Assembly (NCBI RefSeq): GCF_052425735.1
Contig: NC_135767.1
Location: 21,328,001 to 21,392,000, forward strand
From: Oculina patagonica
Taxonomy: Eukaryota
Direction: 5' to 3'
DNA: 64,000 bases
A model generated the notes under the pieces. The model ran no database searches. It was not told the DNA's origin and was given only the letters and a program-made list of their open reading frames with translations. Below are positions 1 through 12,942 of the stretch, piece after piece (position 1 is the stretch's first letter; the number at the start of each line of letters is the position of its first letter). The translations under genes were made by a program, and so were the position numbers.

Positions 1-645
1 TTATTATTGTTAGTGTTCATTGAAAATGGTACATTTTATAAAGTGGCATGGAAGTGATACTTTTGTTGGGCGTCTCAGTCCCAGCATGTTCTGATTGGAT
101 CTAAATCTACATCACACTTTTGTTGAGCACAAGTGAATCATTTATTAGCCAACTTTTGTACTTTCATGTTTTCTTCTCATCCCCGCACCCCGCCCAGATA
201 TATAAAATGTACACTATATAGTATATTCTCTACCACTCTTGTGGTGTGGCAGTTTTGGGACAGTGTGGTCTGGGTGCTGACAGTAGCAACTAGCAGAGGC
301 TATGCCAGGGTTAAATTCCGACAAACGACATGGCCCAAAAAATAGCAACAGCACATAAAATAAAATCACGACTTAAATTCCGACAAGGACAAGTAATTTT
401 TCTTCAATTTTACTACCGACAGCAATGCAAAGTTTGATAAAACAGCGACACGGCACATTTTTAAATTTAGACAAGCAACACAGGAACCCCCCCGGCAGGG
501 CCTCCTAGCAGTATGAGATAATGAGGGCCCCAGTCTAGCCCAGGATTTAGTGAACACCACTGATTTGTTACCTTAATTATTGTTTCTAGAAAAATGTTCT
601 TCATTTATTCCTTAAATATTTTGAAATGTCTTTTTTTGTTTTTAG

Positions 646-3600
646 AAAAGAAGTCTTCACTTGTAAAGGGTGGTCCGTCCAAGAAAGACATTGCAATAGC
701 AGAAGCACACAAAAGAATCCATGGCACTGCAACGCTATGCGTAAAAATGTACACTTTCTTCTCTGGAGTGAAATCAAACACCACCAAATTGGGAAAACCT
801 GCAGGAAACATTGAGGAGTTGCTGCTGTCTGTTTCACTTGATAATGAGCTCTTGTCAGAAATTCAGAAGCGTGAGTTGAACCCAATGGTGATAAGAGTGT
901 CGTCAGCAAGTGAGCTTCCCAACAAACCACTCACATATATGCAGCTGAAGGAAAAGTAAGCAGGACTTAACTCTTGTTTGTTTATTGTGTAACATGTGGA
1001 ACCTTTCCCCCCTATAAATCCAGAGCCCCTTTTGGCGCAGGGCGCCAAAAGGGTTTAGGGTCAAGGTTTTTTTTTTTTTGTAAATCTTGTGGGTGGCATG
1101 GTGACAATGGTTAGTGCACTGGGCCGAGTTGTTTGAAAGACGATTAACGCTTACCCAGGATTAAAAGATGATCAAGATTTTAATTTCTCTTGTTTTAAAG
1201 GGGTTCCCAAAGCTAATATTTTGTTAAGTTTGAGATTGGTCCATGTCAAAACTGTGGGACAGAAAATATTAACAGAAAACCTCAACGAAATTATATAAAA
1301 TTAAAATCAAATTTCACGCTAATCCTGGATTAGCTTAATCGTGCTTTGATCGAACAACCGGGCCCTGGACTCTAGGTTGAGCAGTCTGTTCAAGTCTTGG
1401 CCACTTATCGCAAGACATTTTACTCTGACTCATACTGCCTCTCTCCACTCAGGTGTATTATGGGCACTGTCCAACTTACACTGTTATGCTCGGGGGGGGG
1501 GGGTAACCCTGTAATGAACTAGCATCAGTCTCTTCTTGCTACACAAACCAGGGTAAGCCCCAACAGGATGGTACAATGATGGCCTGATACAGACTCTTTC
1601 AAAGTAAAATTCCAAATTCCTTATTGCAAGATTGTGTCAAACAAAAGAGGCCTTCCAAGGGGTAAAAGTGACAAGGTGCATGACCCTGGATACTGGCGAC
1701 AGGAACATTTTACAGCGACAAGCGACATCATTACAGCACTGAAATGCGACAGCGATACAATAGGGTAAAAAAACGACAGCGACATTTGCAGCTGTTAGCT
1801 AGGCGACATGGGTTCTCAGAAACATGCGACATTGCGACACTGCTACCGCCCTTGGAAGGCCTCACAAATGGTTACTTGTATTGTCAGTGGTTAATTGATG
1901 TGTACTTTTTTCGTTACCATACATGATGTAGATGCCAGCCAGTGCATGTATCATACCAGTTCTACAAACAGCCTCTTCACGAGAGCACAGGGCGGGACCA
2001 TGGCAGTGACGTCTACTGGGAGGATGTGAATGTGGTCCTTCTAGGCACCTTAGACAAAGGTGGTCTTGCAGAATATCTCCAGGGGCCACATTTCCAAATT
2101 GAGGTCCATGACAGAGATCGTAAGATTGAGCAAAAGAAACCCAAGCCCAGTTTGTTTGGCGAGAACCCAGAGGATGAGATGATCAACAATGTCAGCTTGG
2201 TGGCAGGTATGTGAAACAGTTTTTTAATCCCAACTTAAATGCATGTATGAATTCTCTTTTGTGCATCTCCAATGTGCCTATGATTCCAGGCGGTACTGTA
2301 CATGTAAATGTGGTCAATTTGCACTTAGCTTCGAGATCACTAGCTTCTAGGTAGCCGACTCAAATATAAGAGGAAACAAAGATTTCAAATAAGCATGCTA
2401 GTTGAAATCCCAACTGGCAGAAGGTTTTAAGGAGGTTTTTAGACCATTGCCCCGAACTACTTGCTTGTTCAGTCCCTAAAGCCCCTTCTCAGCTCGCTTT
2501 GCTTGCCGATCAGATCGGGAGCCTGCTCGCAGGCTAATTCAGTCACTGTGTATCTTATTGTATTTTAGTTCAGCGGACTGTGAAACAAAAAGAACTCAAG
2601 ATCACCCTTTACAAAATAGTGACAAAACTTTATTTACCTTATTGTTACTTATTTTCGCAGGACTTCATTTTTGCGATTTTCGCGATTTTCAAAAAAGCGC
2701 GAGATTAAAGACCCGCAAAAATTTATTTTAAATGTTTTCTATTGTATTTTATATGTTAATTACATGTACGTATTTTTGGCCAAATCGCGAAAATTTAGTC
2801 CCACGAATTATGCCCGTTCCATTTTCGCGAAATAAAGTTCCCGTGAAAATAAGTAACAATAAGGTACTTAGAAATAACTGTTGTTTCACTGCAGGTCGTC
2901 GCACTACTCACAATCCATTCACAAGTCGTGATAAGCCTTGGGACCCATATGGCATTGCCAAATTTGACCTGTCAGGGCTGTTACTGGGTCAGAAGTACCT
3001 GTACTTGAGATCTCCTATTCACTGCTGTCCTTTGCCAGATACTCACTCAGGGCTCCAGAAACCAGATGGAGCTATTGTGGGTCAGCCAGGAAATGTCGAT
3101 GGGCCAGGTACATGTATGGTATTGCTTTGTTCTGTAGACCGGTTTTCACTTGTGTGTCGGAAGTAATTCGCATTTGCTTTAGTTTTGCATTACTACACTT
3201 AGTGATTGGTTTAAAAATCTCGCGCCTCTTTCTTGACCAATCAGAAGTGAAACCAAAACCAATCGTGACCTGCCCACACATGTTTTCGTGCTCTTTGTGT
3301 CAGCTACTTTTACAGGTATTTACTTTGCATTTTGACTGGTTCACTGGATTGTCTGTGTCTTTTGTGATTGGGCAGAGTGATTACTTTGCATTTCGTTTCA
3401 CAACACTCAATTATGGTATATGCTCTTTTGCTCAGAGAGCAGCCAACCTTTTAAATACGGAGTAAATTAGGTTGAACTCATTGAAATCAGAATTCAATTT
3501 CGTGACTGCATGAATTCGAGTCAATAATTTGAAACGATGCAAATTGATAATTACATGCATGCGTTTTCTTTTTTGAAGGGTGAAGCACTTTTTGTGTTGA

Positions 3601-6600
3601 TTGCCAAAAACGCATCAGCTTACTGTGTACAAGTATGGTGACGTGCAAATGTATGCATAAGTAAAAACTGACACCTTTTTCGTGCACCAAGAGAACAAGA
3701 GATCACCCGGTCTTGATTCCTGTTTGAAATCCATTTTATTTAGTAAAATGTGTGGTCATACTACCCATAGTACTTCCAAAATTTGTTGTTATTTAGTACA
3801 ATGAAATGAACTTTTCTTTTTTAGAGGATAAACCCATGCCAGTTGCTAACTACCTGGAGTGTGGCAGTGAGTTGAAGATTAAGGTCGACCTGGCTTTTCC
3901 GCTAAATGCTTCAGAAGAAGACATAAAGGCAACAGAAACAACTCCAATAGATGAGGTATGATGTTTAATTTACGCACACTCAGTATATTACTCTTGCGTG
4001 AAGTCCGGTTTTTTTCTAATAGCTCGTTAAACCAAAACGAAAGTGAGGGTCCTGAAGTTAGGCCATAAAATCCCATTCCCAGCGTATTGTTTTCCCGATT
4101 TTCCAAATCCCAGTCCCAGTTCTATTGTTTATTTGTTAGTGATTCTCAGTCCCATGACCCAATTCCTATTTTCCCAGTGAAAATTTGCCCAAATCCCAGT
4201 TCCCATTTTACCCCTTCAGGACCCTCTTAAGTTAGCACTCTCTCGACAACCACCACAAACGAAATAAACGCATTGAAACAATCAAAACTCGAACCGACAT
4301 GTGCAATGTGCAATGTGCAACCCTCGCCAAGCGAGCTATACAAACGCCGGAAAACGGCCATCGGTCCTGGCGAACAGGCAATCCGCTTTCCATTCTTTTC
4401 GTATTGATGGAAGACAGACGCGATTTATTCCTTGACATTTTTTAACCTTCATGTTTCATTTTTCCACAGTGTCCATTCGGTCGTGTTATCTACGTATTTG
4501 AATACAAGAATGCTCCTTTTCTCCGCCAACTTCAGTCTGAGATTACGGCCGTGAATGCTGAGGCACTGGAACTAGACACGTTACCGCAGCACGTGATTGA
4601 GGCTGCTCTGTCAACCTACAAATTGTCAAAGTAAGTACGAATGGAAAGTTCTTCAATAGCTTCTGAACATTAAAACCATCGTGAACACAGAACGAAATCA
4701 TAACCGCCTCAAATAGTGCGGTGAAACAATCAGAAGTTGATACATAAACATGCTACCAGTGCGAAGCGCGGGAGAACATGTAGCTTGAATAAAACGCGGG
4801 AAACGTGTACCGATGCCGAGCGCGGACAAGTGAGGAATTGTTCCCAAGCGAGGAAAAACTCACCGCAGGCTAGGTGCTTAGCGGTGGAAAATCGCACCGT
4901 AGTTACATGTAAAATTACGATTGATTTATGCTTTAAATCTCATTGACCGAAATCGCAGCAAGAACGGAGCGTCTTCTCTTTTTAATGATATACAGTTGGT
5001 AAATGCTTTGGAAATCGATAGATAAGAAAACGCGAACTGATAGTTTTCGACGTCAACAAAATGCTACAAAAAAGGAGTAAAGCTGTTTCCACGAATAAGG
5101 ACTGAAGCGTCCATAAGTTCTTTTGGAATTCCAGATTAAAAATATCGGTGCAAATGTTATTTAATTTTTATTTTCATTTATTCAGAGATCAAAGAAAGAA
5201 CAAGAAACTGGACATCATTACAGGATTTCAGGTCGGACTTTCAGCTTCAATATTGTAACAGTTACACCTTCTTGTTAGTTTGTTATGAAAAGTCTTTCCA
5301 CGTACAACTTCTTTCTTGATCTTTCGTTCTGTTTGTTTATCAGGTTCTTGATGGCCAGTATCACGTGTTTGTGTTAGAAGGCCTGGGCGCGAAGGGCATC
5401 AAAAGACTCTGGGAAAAACTACCCAGACCACAGGAGGAAGGTATGATCTTAGAGTCATCGAGTGGGTAAAGAAATAGTTAATGTTCTCAGTGTTGTAGTA
5501 AAGTTTTTGCGCAAAATTGTTAGTAAAACTGTACGAACATTTTCCACAGTGCATGATTGTTTCAGTTTTTGTGTCTGATTCGAAGGGGAGAATTGAAATC
5601 CCCAAATCGGAAAATCAAGAACTTTTAACCAGTAGCAGAAAAATCGCGTTTTATTTTTGTTTTTAATTGTCCAAAAAGATGGCATCCTTGCTTACAAACG
5701 AAACATCTGGCTGTCTCGTAAGATGCTCGACAGGGCAACCCGTTATTCGAGGCGGCTAGCTGAGTCAGTCAGTCAGTCAGTCACTCACTCATTCACTCAG
5801 TCAGTCAGTCAGTCAAATATAACCAACCTATCAATCAGTCAATCAATCGGACGGTTTGTCAGTCAGTCAGTCAGTCAGTCAGTCAGTCAGTCAGTCAGTC
5901 AGTCAGTCAGTCAGTCAGTCAGTCAGTCAGTCAGACAGTTAGTCCAATAGCATTCTTTATACATTGTATAACAGCAAGGACAACAAACAGGTGTTGCATA
6001 GCATTGCATTACTTGTAACCATTTGTTATTTACTGAATCTTATTTGTTTTGTTTGCTCTCAACCCTTCAGATATCACCAAGTTTAATGTTCTCTACAACT
6101 CGGACCTGAGGTTTAATGAGCGTTTGTATGCGTCGCTCGATGTGGACTTGTGCCGAGTCAGACTTCACGAGCCACTGGAGGTTATAGTCCAGAATCCATT
6201 GCTGTACGTTAGAGACCTCGTACCTAAACCTTGCTTTGACGCGCTGGCGAAACTGGACCAGGTGTGAAACTTGAATGTTTGCTGGACGATACATGTAATT
6301 CGTTAGCGTGGTATTTTATTTTGGTCTACTCTAAATTTGGGTTCAGTGCTGTTAGAGTAAAGGAGTAAAATTGTGAGGGAAACAAAACCTACGCAAAATT
6401 TGAAAAAAAAAATAACATAAAATTATGGGACAGGTCATTGTCATGGCTTTCCAGGTGGCAATCCTCCCCTAACCTCCCCCCTCTCCCCTTCCGCCTTTCT
6501 AAATCCCTCCCCGAAAAGTTGCATAGCGGTTAGTTTGACGGTTAGATTTCACTCATTGAACAACTGAAAGTCCAACAAAGTCCTCCCTTCTGCAGTAAAG

Positions 6601-9600
6601 ATAACCTTCATTTGACAGTTGACTATTTAATTTTAATTCATTTATGCTTTACACGGAAAGTAATTCCCTTACTGTGCGTGGAAGGTACGGCGTCATTTTT
6701 GGAAACTAGATACCCCCAAAGATTTTCTTCAATAGCCCTTTCTCGCTTGAAAATTTTGCCAGAGTTTATTTTAATTATTTTGTTTTTAATAAGTTCTCCT
6801 TACTCGTTTTATTCAGATGTTGAAAGTGACAAAACTCCGCGAAGTGACTCGTAACGACTTGTTCCCATCCGCTGACATGGTCATCTCCATGAGCCGCGAA
6901 TTTGGAGTACCGCTGACCGCTGAAGATTTCGGAGGTGAGTTATACATTAGTAACCAGGCCGTTACGACCATTTGTCGTCCTCACCCTGCCCCCTACCGTA
7001 GCCTACCCCCACCCAGAACCCCCTGTCTTGGCTGCAGTTTGACAACCAACAAAGACGATTGAAGCAGTTCTTAGCTTTTTAGGGCAGAAAATTTAATGTA
7101 GTTTCTGTGCCCTCTGTTATGGAAAACTCAGGCTTTAACTGAGGGCGACAGGTAGGATATTTGTTATTTGACAACGAATCCTGCTCTAATCAGTGAGCGT
7201 TTTTCCTTGAATACTTTACTCAATCTTTCCTGAATCTTCCATTTTCCAGATCTTCTTTATCTTGCTTCTGTGCTAGTTTCCTCTTGGATCTTGTGGAATA
7301 CACTGTACTTTGCAAATTGTGAGGTATATTTTCACGTGGAATCCTTTCTTCTTTCAACTTACACTATTGTCTGGAGGATTCTGTTGAGGTCTGTAGTGTT
7401 TGGTGGCTTTTGTCTACGTGAGTAGTGCAACACCACGTACTTTGTCAAGTTGCGTTAGCTTTCGTCACCTTCCTGCTTGACGCTGGTTTAATAGTAAGAC
7501 TTGTTCAGATCTGTAGGTTTTGGGGAAAAACACTTACATTGTAAGTGACCACCATGAGCGTGCTTTTGGCTGTTCCTGCTCTTCTCAGTCTCTCAAGACC
7601 TTCGTGCTTGTTGTATACGATACTCTTGGGTTTCTTGATATTTAGTACCTTATCTGTGTAAAGCTTTTAAATGAGGTGCTTCGTCTATTCAGTTTCTGGC
7701 ATCTTAGATCTCATCACCTTAGTGTTTCTACTGCTTGAGGTTCTTCTCGCAGTACTAGTGTTTTCTACGGACCTTCTGGTGCTTCCAGGTACTTTGGGTA
7801 GAAGTACAATCTACTTTTTTCGGCGTGAAACAACAACAACAACAACAATATTTAGTGCACTCTTGTCCTTACAAAAATTATTAATACAAAAAGTAATTAA
7901 AATACAGTTTGAATCTTTCGACATATGCATCATCAAGATTTCAGTTCTTGAAAGGTCAGTAACAGATCAGACAGGCTACTTTTTATCATTAACATTCTTC
8001 TGAAAATTTCTTAAAGGAATTTCTAGTCTATTCCTAGAATCTCGTTCTATTGTTAGCTATTCTCATTTCCTTATGGTTTTCTTTCATTTGCTGATTACTT
8101 TCTAAAACATGATACCATTGTTACTGGGTTATCTTTCATCAAAGTGTGATTGACTTTGAGTTTCTATTCTTTGCTGATTCGTTCGTTCAATAAGCACCAT
8201 AAATAATCTTCATCTTACTTTTTCTGTTCTCTCCCGAACTGATGCAAAAAAAAAACCGCTTCCACAAGCCACTTAAAATGGAAGAACTGTATATAACTAC
8301 CCATTTTTCATGTGATAACTCAGAAAACTGTTGACGCTCCGCCTTGCTCTGTTTTAACCAAGAATTCTTTCTGCTTTCTGTTTATCTTCTTAAAGGTCGT
8401 TTTATTGTGAATCGTGGCCTTTTTTAACATTCTAACTGTCTATCTTTTTTATGGTGCTTGTTGGTGTTTGTTTATTCGTTTTTATGTTGGAGTATTTTCA
8501 TTTTTCACGTCTTGATTACGTTTTTTCTTTTCTTTAGAACTGGAATCCAGCAGTGGCTCCGAAAAGGAAGAGGCTGGCACGGGTAACCTACTGGAGGAGC
8601 CTAGACCCAGGACCACGCGGCCATGGACGCCCTTGTCACTTTTCAACTCAGATTATGTCGCGATGCTCAAAGAACGAGAACAGACCCTTATACAACACGA
8701 CTTCATCAAAGAGAACATTGTAAGTGAAATACATTTTGATCATAATGTATACTTTTCAAGCACTCTTGAAAGTGTGAATTTGCTTGCATATTCAAACTGG
8801 TTTTGACTAGTAAGTGGCAACATGTGACTTTATGTATTTGTATTACAGCAAGGCGCCCATGGGACCACTTTATCACACTTCGTGAGAAATCCAATCAGAA
8901 GTCCTGCCAGCGATCCACGGTGATTGGAAAACGACGAAAGAGTGTTAAAGTGGCCGGGCGCCGCTGTAAGCCAAGGCCCTAATAAAATTTCTTATTTTTC
9001 TACGAAGAATACAATAAGGAAGCCAAGTTACTTATCACTTTTTAAATGTTTTAATTTCAGTTAAGGACACGGACAACAGAACCGAAGAGAAGACCACAAA
9101 CCATTGCCGTGGACATTACTGAACTTCATCAGCAAACTGCACACAACTATAGCATACAGACATTAAACTCTACTGAGCTGGCGAAAGAGAAGCTTAGACA
9201 AGTTTTAGCAAAGGTATGTGCTTTTAGAAAGCCCCCTTGTGGTCTCCACGAAATGTTTTTACTTCGTGTACGATGCGAAACTCGCGCCTTATCTGAAAAT
9301 ACTCTTACGCCCGCTTCACATGTGAAGCAAAGGCGGGAATTTCATGGCATGCGTCATCAGAGTCAAAAGCTGATTGGCTGAGCGTTAATACCAGACGGTG
9401 AGACCACTCATATCACGTTCATTTGAATGGCTTCCGTAATTACAGGTGACACCTGAGTCAAGCGTAAAGAGAATTCGTAGGTAGCAAAATTAACCTTTCA
9501 ACTGTTATTGTTCATTTTTTTTTTAGGATGAAGATCGTCGTTTTACTTACTGTCCTCAGTACAACTCGGCCACGGTTCTCCCCATCCATCCAGAGACTGT

Positions 9601-12600
9601 AAAGAAACAAGATCTCATGGACTCTAAAGAATTGTGGAGAACTGATAAAGGATTTATTTTCCCTGGAAAGAAGACCTCTTTAGTGTCAAACGTACATCCT
9701 AAGAAACCAGACTCCGCTCGGGTGGACGAACTTGAAAAGGTACCTGGATAGATAGCTAGAAACAAGTCTTTTCGTAACAACGATGAAGTAAACAAAAAGT
9801 TGAACCAGTGTAACAGTTCAGAGGTTTAACAGAACATGCAGAGGTTTAAAAACACCGTATTTTCATTGTCAAATTACCTGTGAAATTACCCGTCGCGTCG
9901 GTTTTTGTTAGAAATCTGCCTAGAAAATTTATTTTATAACTTGTGCTTAGTCGTTCTTTCATTTCTTTGCAGCCGTGGAAGGAGAACATTCTCCATGCAA
10001 ACATCTTGAAACCAACTGTAAATAGGTAAGCTTGTGCATTGTGTAACGATTCATGCCGCCTATCTCCTAAATTCGGTTCTTTTTTTCTTTTCTTTTTTTT
10101 TAACGCCATCAGAGAGTAGAATTTGTAGGGATGACTCCTACCTACTGATTGCCAGACGTAGCTTTATGGTGTGACGTATATGACGTATTACCCGGTTAAC
10201 CAATCAGAACAAACGAGTTTTCTCAGCCAATCAGGTGCAAAATCAAAACCAACCGCGAATTGGGTTCTCAAGTTTTCCCGCACTCGCTTTGCATCGGTTG
10301 CGCAGTGTCATTGCGAGCTCTACCAATAATAAATGCAATGTAGCCTAGATTTTCCAGGTTTCCTTTTTGTAAATCCTCCTCAATCTTTCTCATTGTTAAC
10401 CCTCCTTGTTCGGTTTTGCGGGATTAGAATTACCTCTTAGGTGTACATTTTGTATTTCTACCTAAATAAAGTATTATTTAACTATACATTCGATTTGAAA
10501 GTAATTTTGTATATCATAGAAAATAGCTTCTTTGAATTTAAGGGGACTACGTCACGGGGATTCGCAATTTTTGATCCTGTCTGAAATTTTAATTAGTGGT
10601 GGCAACTAACCTAATAACATTATTTTTGAACATCTAAAGAAATTATACCTTATAATTGCGGAAGAATCAGCTACGCTATCAATATCGATCGAAGACGCGG
10701 GAACACTGAACGTGCAACTTTCTCCGTTCCACCGAACCATCCGCAGCCAAGACGCATGCTTATACAGTTCAGTGCTCTATATAGCATAAAGTGGACTTAT
10801 TTTTGGCGCACATATTATTTTCGTTCAGAATCCGTGACAAAACCCAATGCAAGATGTTCTAACCCAACAGGGAAAACTTCCGTGGGATACCGGGACGCCG
10901 ACTAAACCGTTTCCATCCGAACCATCCGCAGCCATAGACGCATGCTTATTAACAGTTTCGTGCTCTATATAGCAATTGTTAATAAAAATGGACTTTATTT
11001 TTAGGTGCTGCAACATAAATGTTAATATTTGTCGGTTCAAAAATCAGTAAAATCCGTGTCATACCCTATATGCAATGTGTTGATGTTGTTTTCTTAACCC
11101 AACAGGGAAAACTTTCCGTGGGATTACAGGGACGCCGACTTAAACTTGCTTTCTGTTCCACCTCCGTTCTTCGATAAAAACCCAGTGCTGTCTGTTCACG
11201 CCGCCGGTGACACAAAAGAACAAGAAGAAACTGAAGCGGCAGAGAGACACACTCGTCAATGGCAGGAAAGAATTGTTGTGGACGATACAATTTTCCGCAC
11301 GCATCGTTGTTTAACGGAAACAGAACTCAGGCACCGAGGTCGAAAAGCGTCAAATCAGCTCGCAAAGCTAGAAGGACTTCTTAAAAACAACCCGAAAAAA
11401 TTCTCACTTTCGAGAGCTGGACTAACTGTTGAAGAAATCCCGCCGTTGGGTGTGGTCGTTAATCCGAACGTCGATACACCCGCAAGGAAAACTGGGAAAT
11501 TAGTTCCAATCGCAAGGGATCACAAGGAGCAGGGACAATGGGGATTTTATCCGGGACCTTATGAGAAGGAGGGCTGGCTTCTAGAGAAGAATAAGGTGCC
11601 AATACCTGATCAGGAGCATGAGAAGTTTAGGAGCCTCAAGGGACACGATTTCAGGTACTTTGGTTAAAATGTTGTTGATGATTATCGCATGTATAGGTAA
11701 ACAGAGGGCGTCATTAAAGTGTCTACCTAACGTCGAGCAGTCTGCAGTAGTTTCTGAGATAGGGGAAGCCATACGAGCTTAGTGGCATCAGGCCGGAGGA
11801 AGGAGAAGCGAGGAGAGCTACTTCCCCGGAGGAGCAAGTCCACGCAGGGTACCCCCGGAGAGCGCCGGACCCAAACACCTGGGTGGAGAGAGGCAGGAGA
11901 GAAAGTGTCTGCCCAAGAACACAACGCAGCGCCCCGGCCGGCCCGAACCCGGCCGCTGACCGGGCGGCGCACTAACCATAGGCCACCGCGCCTCCCACAG
12001 TAGTTTTTTAACCGCCGAGACTGATTCAAAAAGCTGACAGTTTGATCGCTTCAGCCCTTTGTCCACGACTACCGGCTGGCAGATGCCCGAAACGCCAGCA
12101 TTTTGAGCTTTTCACCGCGGTTTTTAAACCATTAAGAAATTTAAAACATTTCCCGTGCTTTTACTGAGTAATCGAAAAACGGGTTGAGTTTTGGAAGAGC
12201 TGGAAATAGTGTAGATAAGGATCACGAGCCGAAAGTGACCAGTGTTTCCACGGTTTTTCGAGTTCTCCCATAATTTCTTCGAGTGTTTCTGTTATTCTGT
12301 AGAAACATTCAGTGGACAAAGAAAGTGTCACAGCTTTGGGTTTTCCAAAACTTTTTCATATGGCAAGCGATCGGTAATGGGGTTTTCTCAGTTCGTAGCT
12401 TTACGAGTTTTCTTTAACTATAGAAACACCATAGAGGACAAAATGATTTATATTTCGGTTAGAAAATATTACTCATCAAGTTTTATCTGTTTCTGTAGAG
12501 ATCGAGACTGATATATAGAATCTCGGCTTTTGGCCAATCAGAGCGCGCTTATTTAGCCTGCGTAGCAGGCGCCTGTGCTTTTTTAGTTTTTGGGAAATGC

Positions 12601-12942
12601 GATAGGCGCGAGATCGCGAAACGGCCACGCGAAGAAAAGAGAAAAGGGAGGCCTTCTTTCTTTTTCCCTCGCGTGGCCGTCTCGCGCCTTTCGCATTTCC
12701 CAAATGCGCGCCCAAAAAATACACAGGCGCCTGCCACGCAGACTAGCGCTGTTTTTAAGCCAGACAACCATTGAGAGTACGCGTTATTTATTATAATAAC
12801 AATTTTAACAATATCTCTTTTCTTTCTATGCACCAGGTTATACTACAATGACAAAGACGTCCTCTGTCGCCGGCCTATTGAACCTTTACAAGATGAAGAA
12901 AGAGACAACCATCTTTTTCGTGTTGCAGACATTTGCAGCTGA
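646..12942 (+). CDS. CFAP92: CFAP92/KIAA1257(FLJ43738)-like cilia- and flagella-associated protein; 5'-partial, 15 exons in window (about 932 aa)
   Basis: GT-AG exons in continuous frame: 646-955, 1932-2206, 2895-3107, 3825-3955, 4470-4630, 5186-5231, 5344-5440, 6071-6261, 6817-6934, 8538-8719, 9061-9213, 9527-9739, 9973-10025, 11106-11654, 12837-12942 (TGA). Peptides resemble what I recall of CFAP92/FLJ43738: LQGPHFQIEVHDRD, CPFGRVIY, ITGFQVLDG, VLYNSDLRFNERLY, DLFPSADMVISMSREFGVP, HNYSIQTLNSTELAK, PWKENILHA. The first exon opens in phase 1, so the start lies upstream of it, probably outside the window. Confidence 0.8.
1089..1600 (+). mobile_element. Old SINE copy interrupted by a Harbinger-like MITE (1122-1364)
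   Basis: SINE head and body homologous to the 28930 copy, with CpG decay. The insert has ggcc(c/g)(g/a)gttgtt TIRs and a CTG TSD (1119-1121 and 1365-1367). Confidence 0.75.
1647..1863. mobile_element. MITE with gaggccttccaaggg TIR (related element at about 297-505)
   Basis: 15-bp inverted ends and internal cgaca repeats. Confidence 0.7.
2637..2864. mobile_element. TA-flanked MITE
   Basis: Perfect 20-bp TIR ccttattgttacttattttc and a TA TSD. Confidence 0.8.
5761..5945 (+). repeat. (AGTC)n microsatellite
   Basis: Long tetranucleotide run that gives a spurious SQSV ORF. Confidence 0.95.
10542..11067. mobile_element. Degenerate TTAA MITE containing a local duplication
   Basis: Left end TTAA-ggggactacgtcacgg; right end aatccgtgtcataccct. 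Confidence 0.55.
11761..12001 (-). mobile_element. SINE copy with many single-base deletions
   Basis: The reverse complement aligns to the 28930 SINE over its whole length with many 1-3 nt gaps. Confidence 0.85.

Noticed and set aside
5657-5950. SQSV-repeat ORF
   Set aside because: It is the translation of an (AGTC)n microsatellite.
12020-12130. Penelope-type hammerhead ribozyme (also near 34060-34095)
   Set aside because: It resembles Penelope terminal repeats, but the CUGANGA core is broken, so an active ribozyme cannot be supported.
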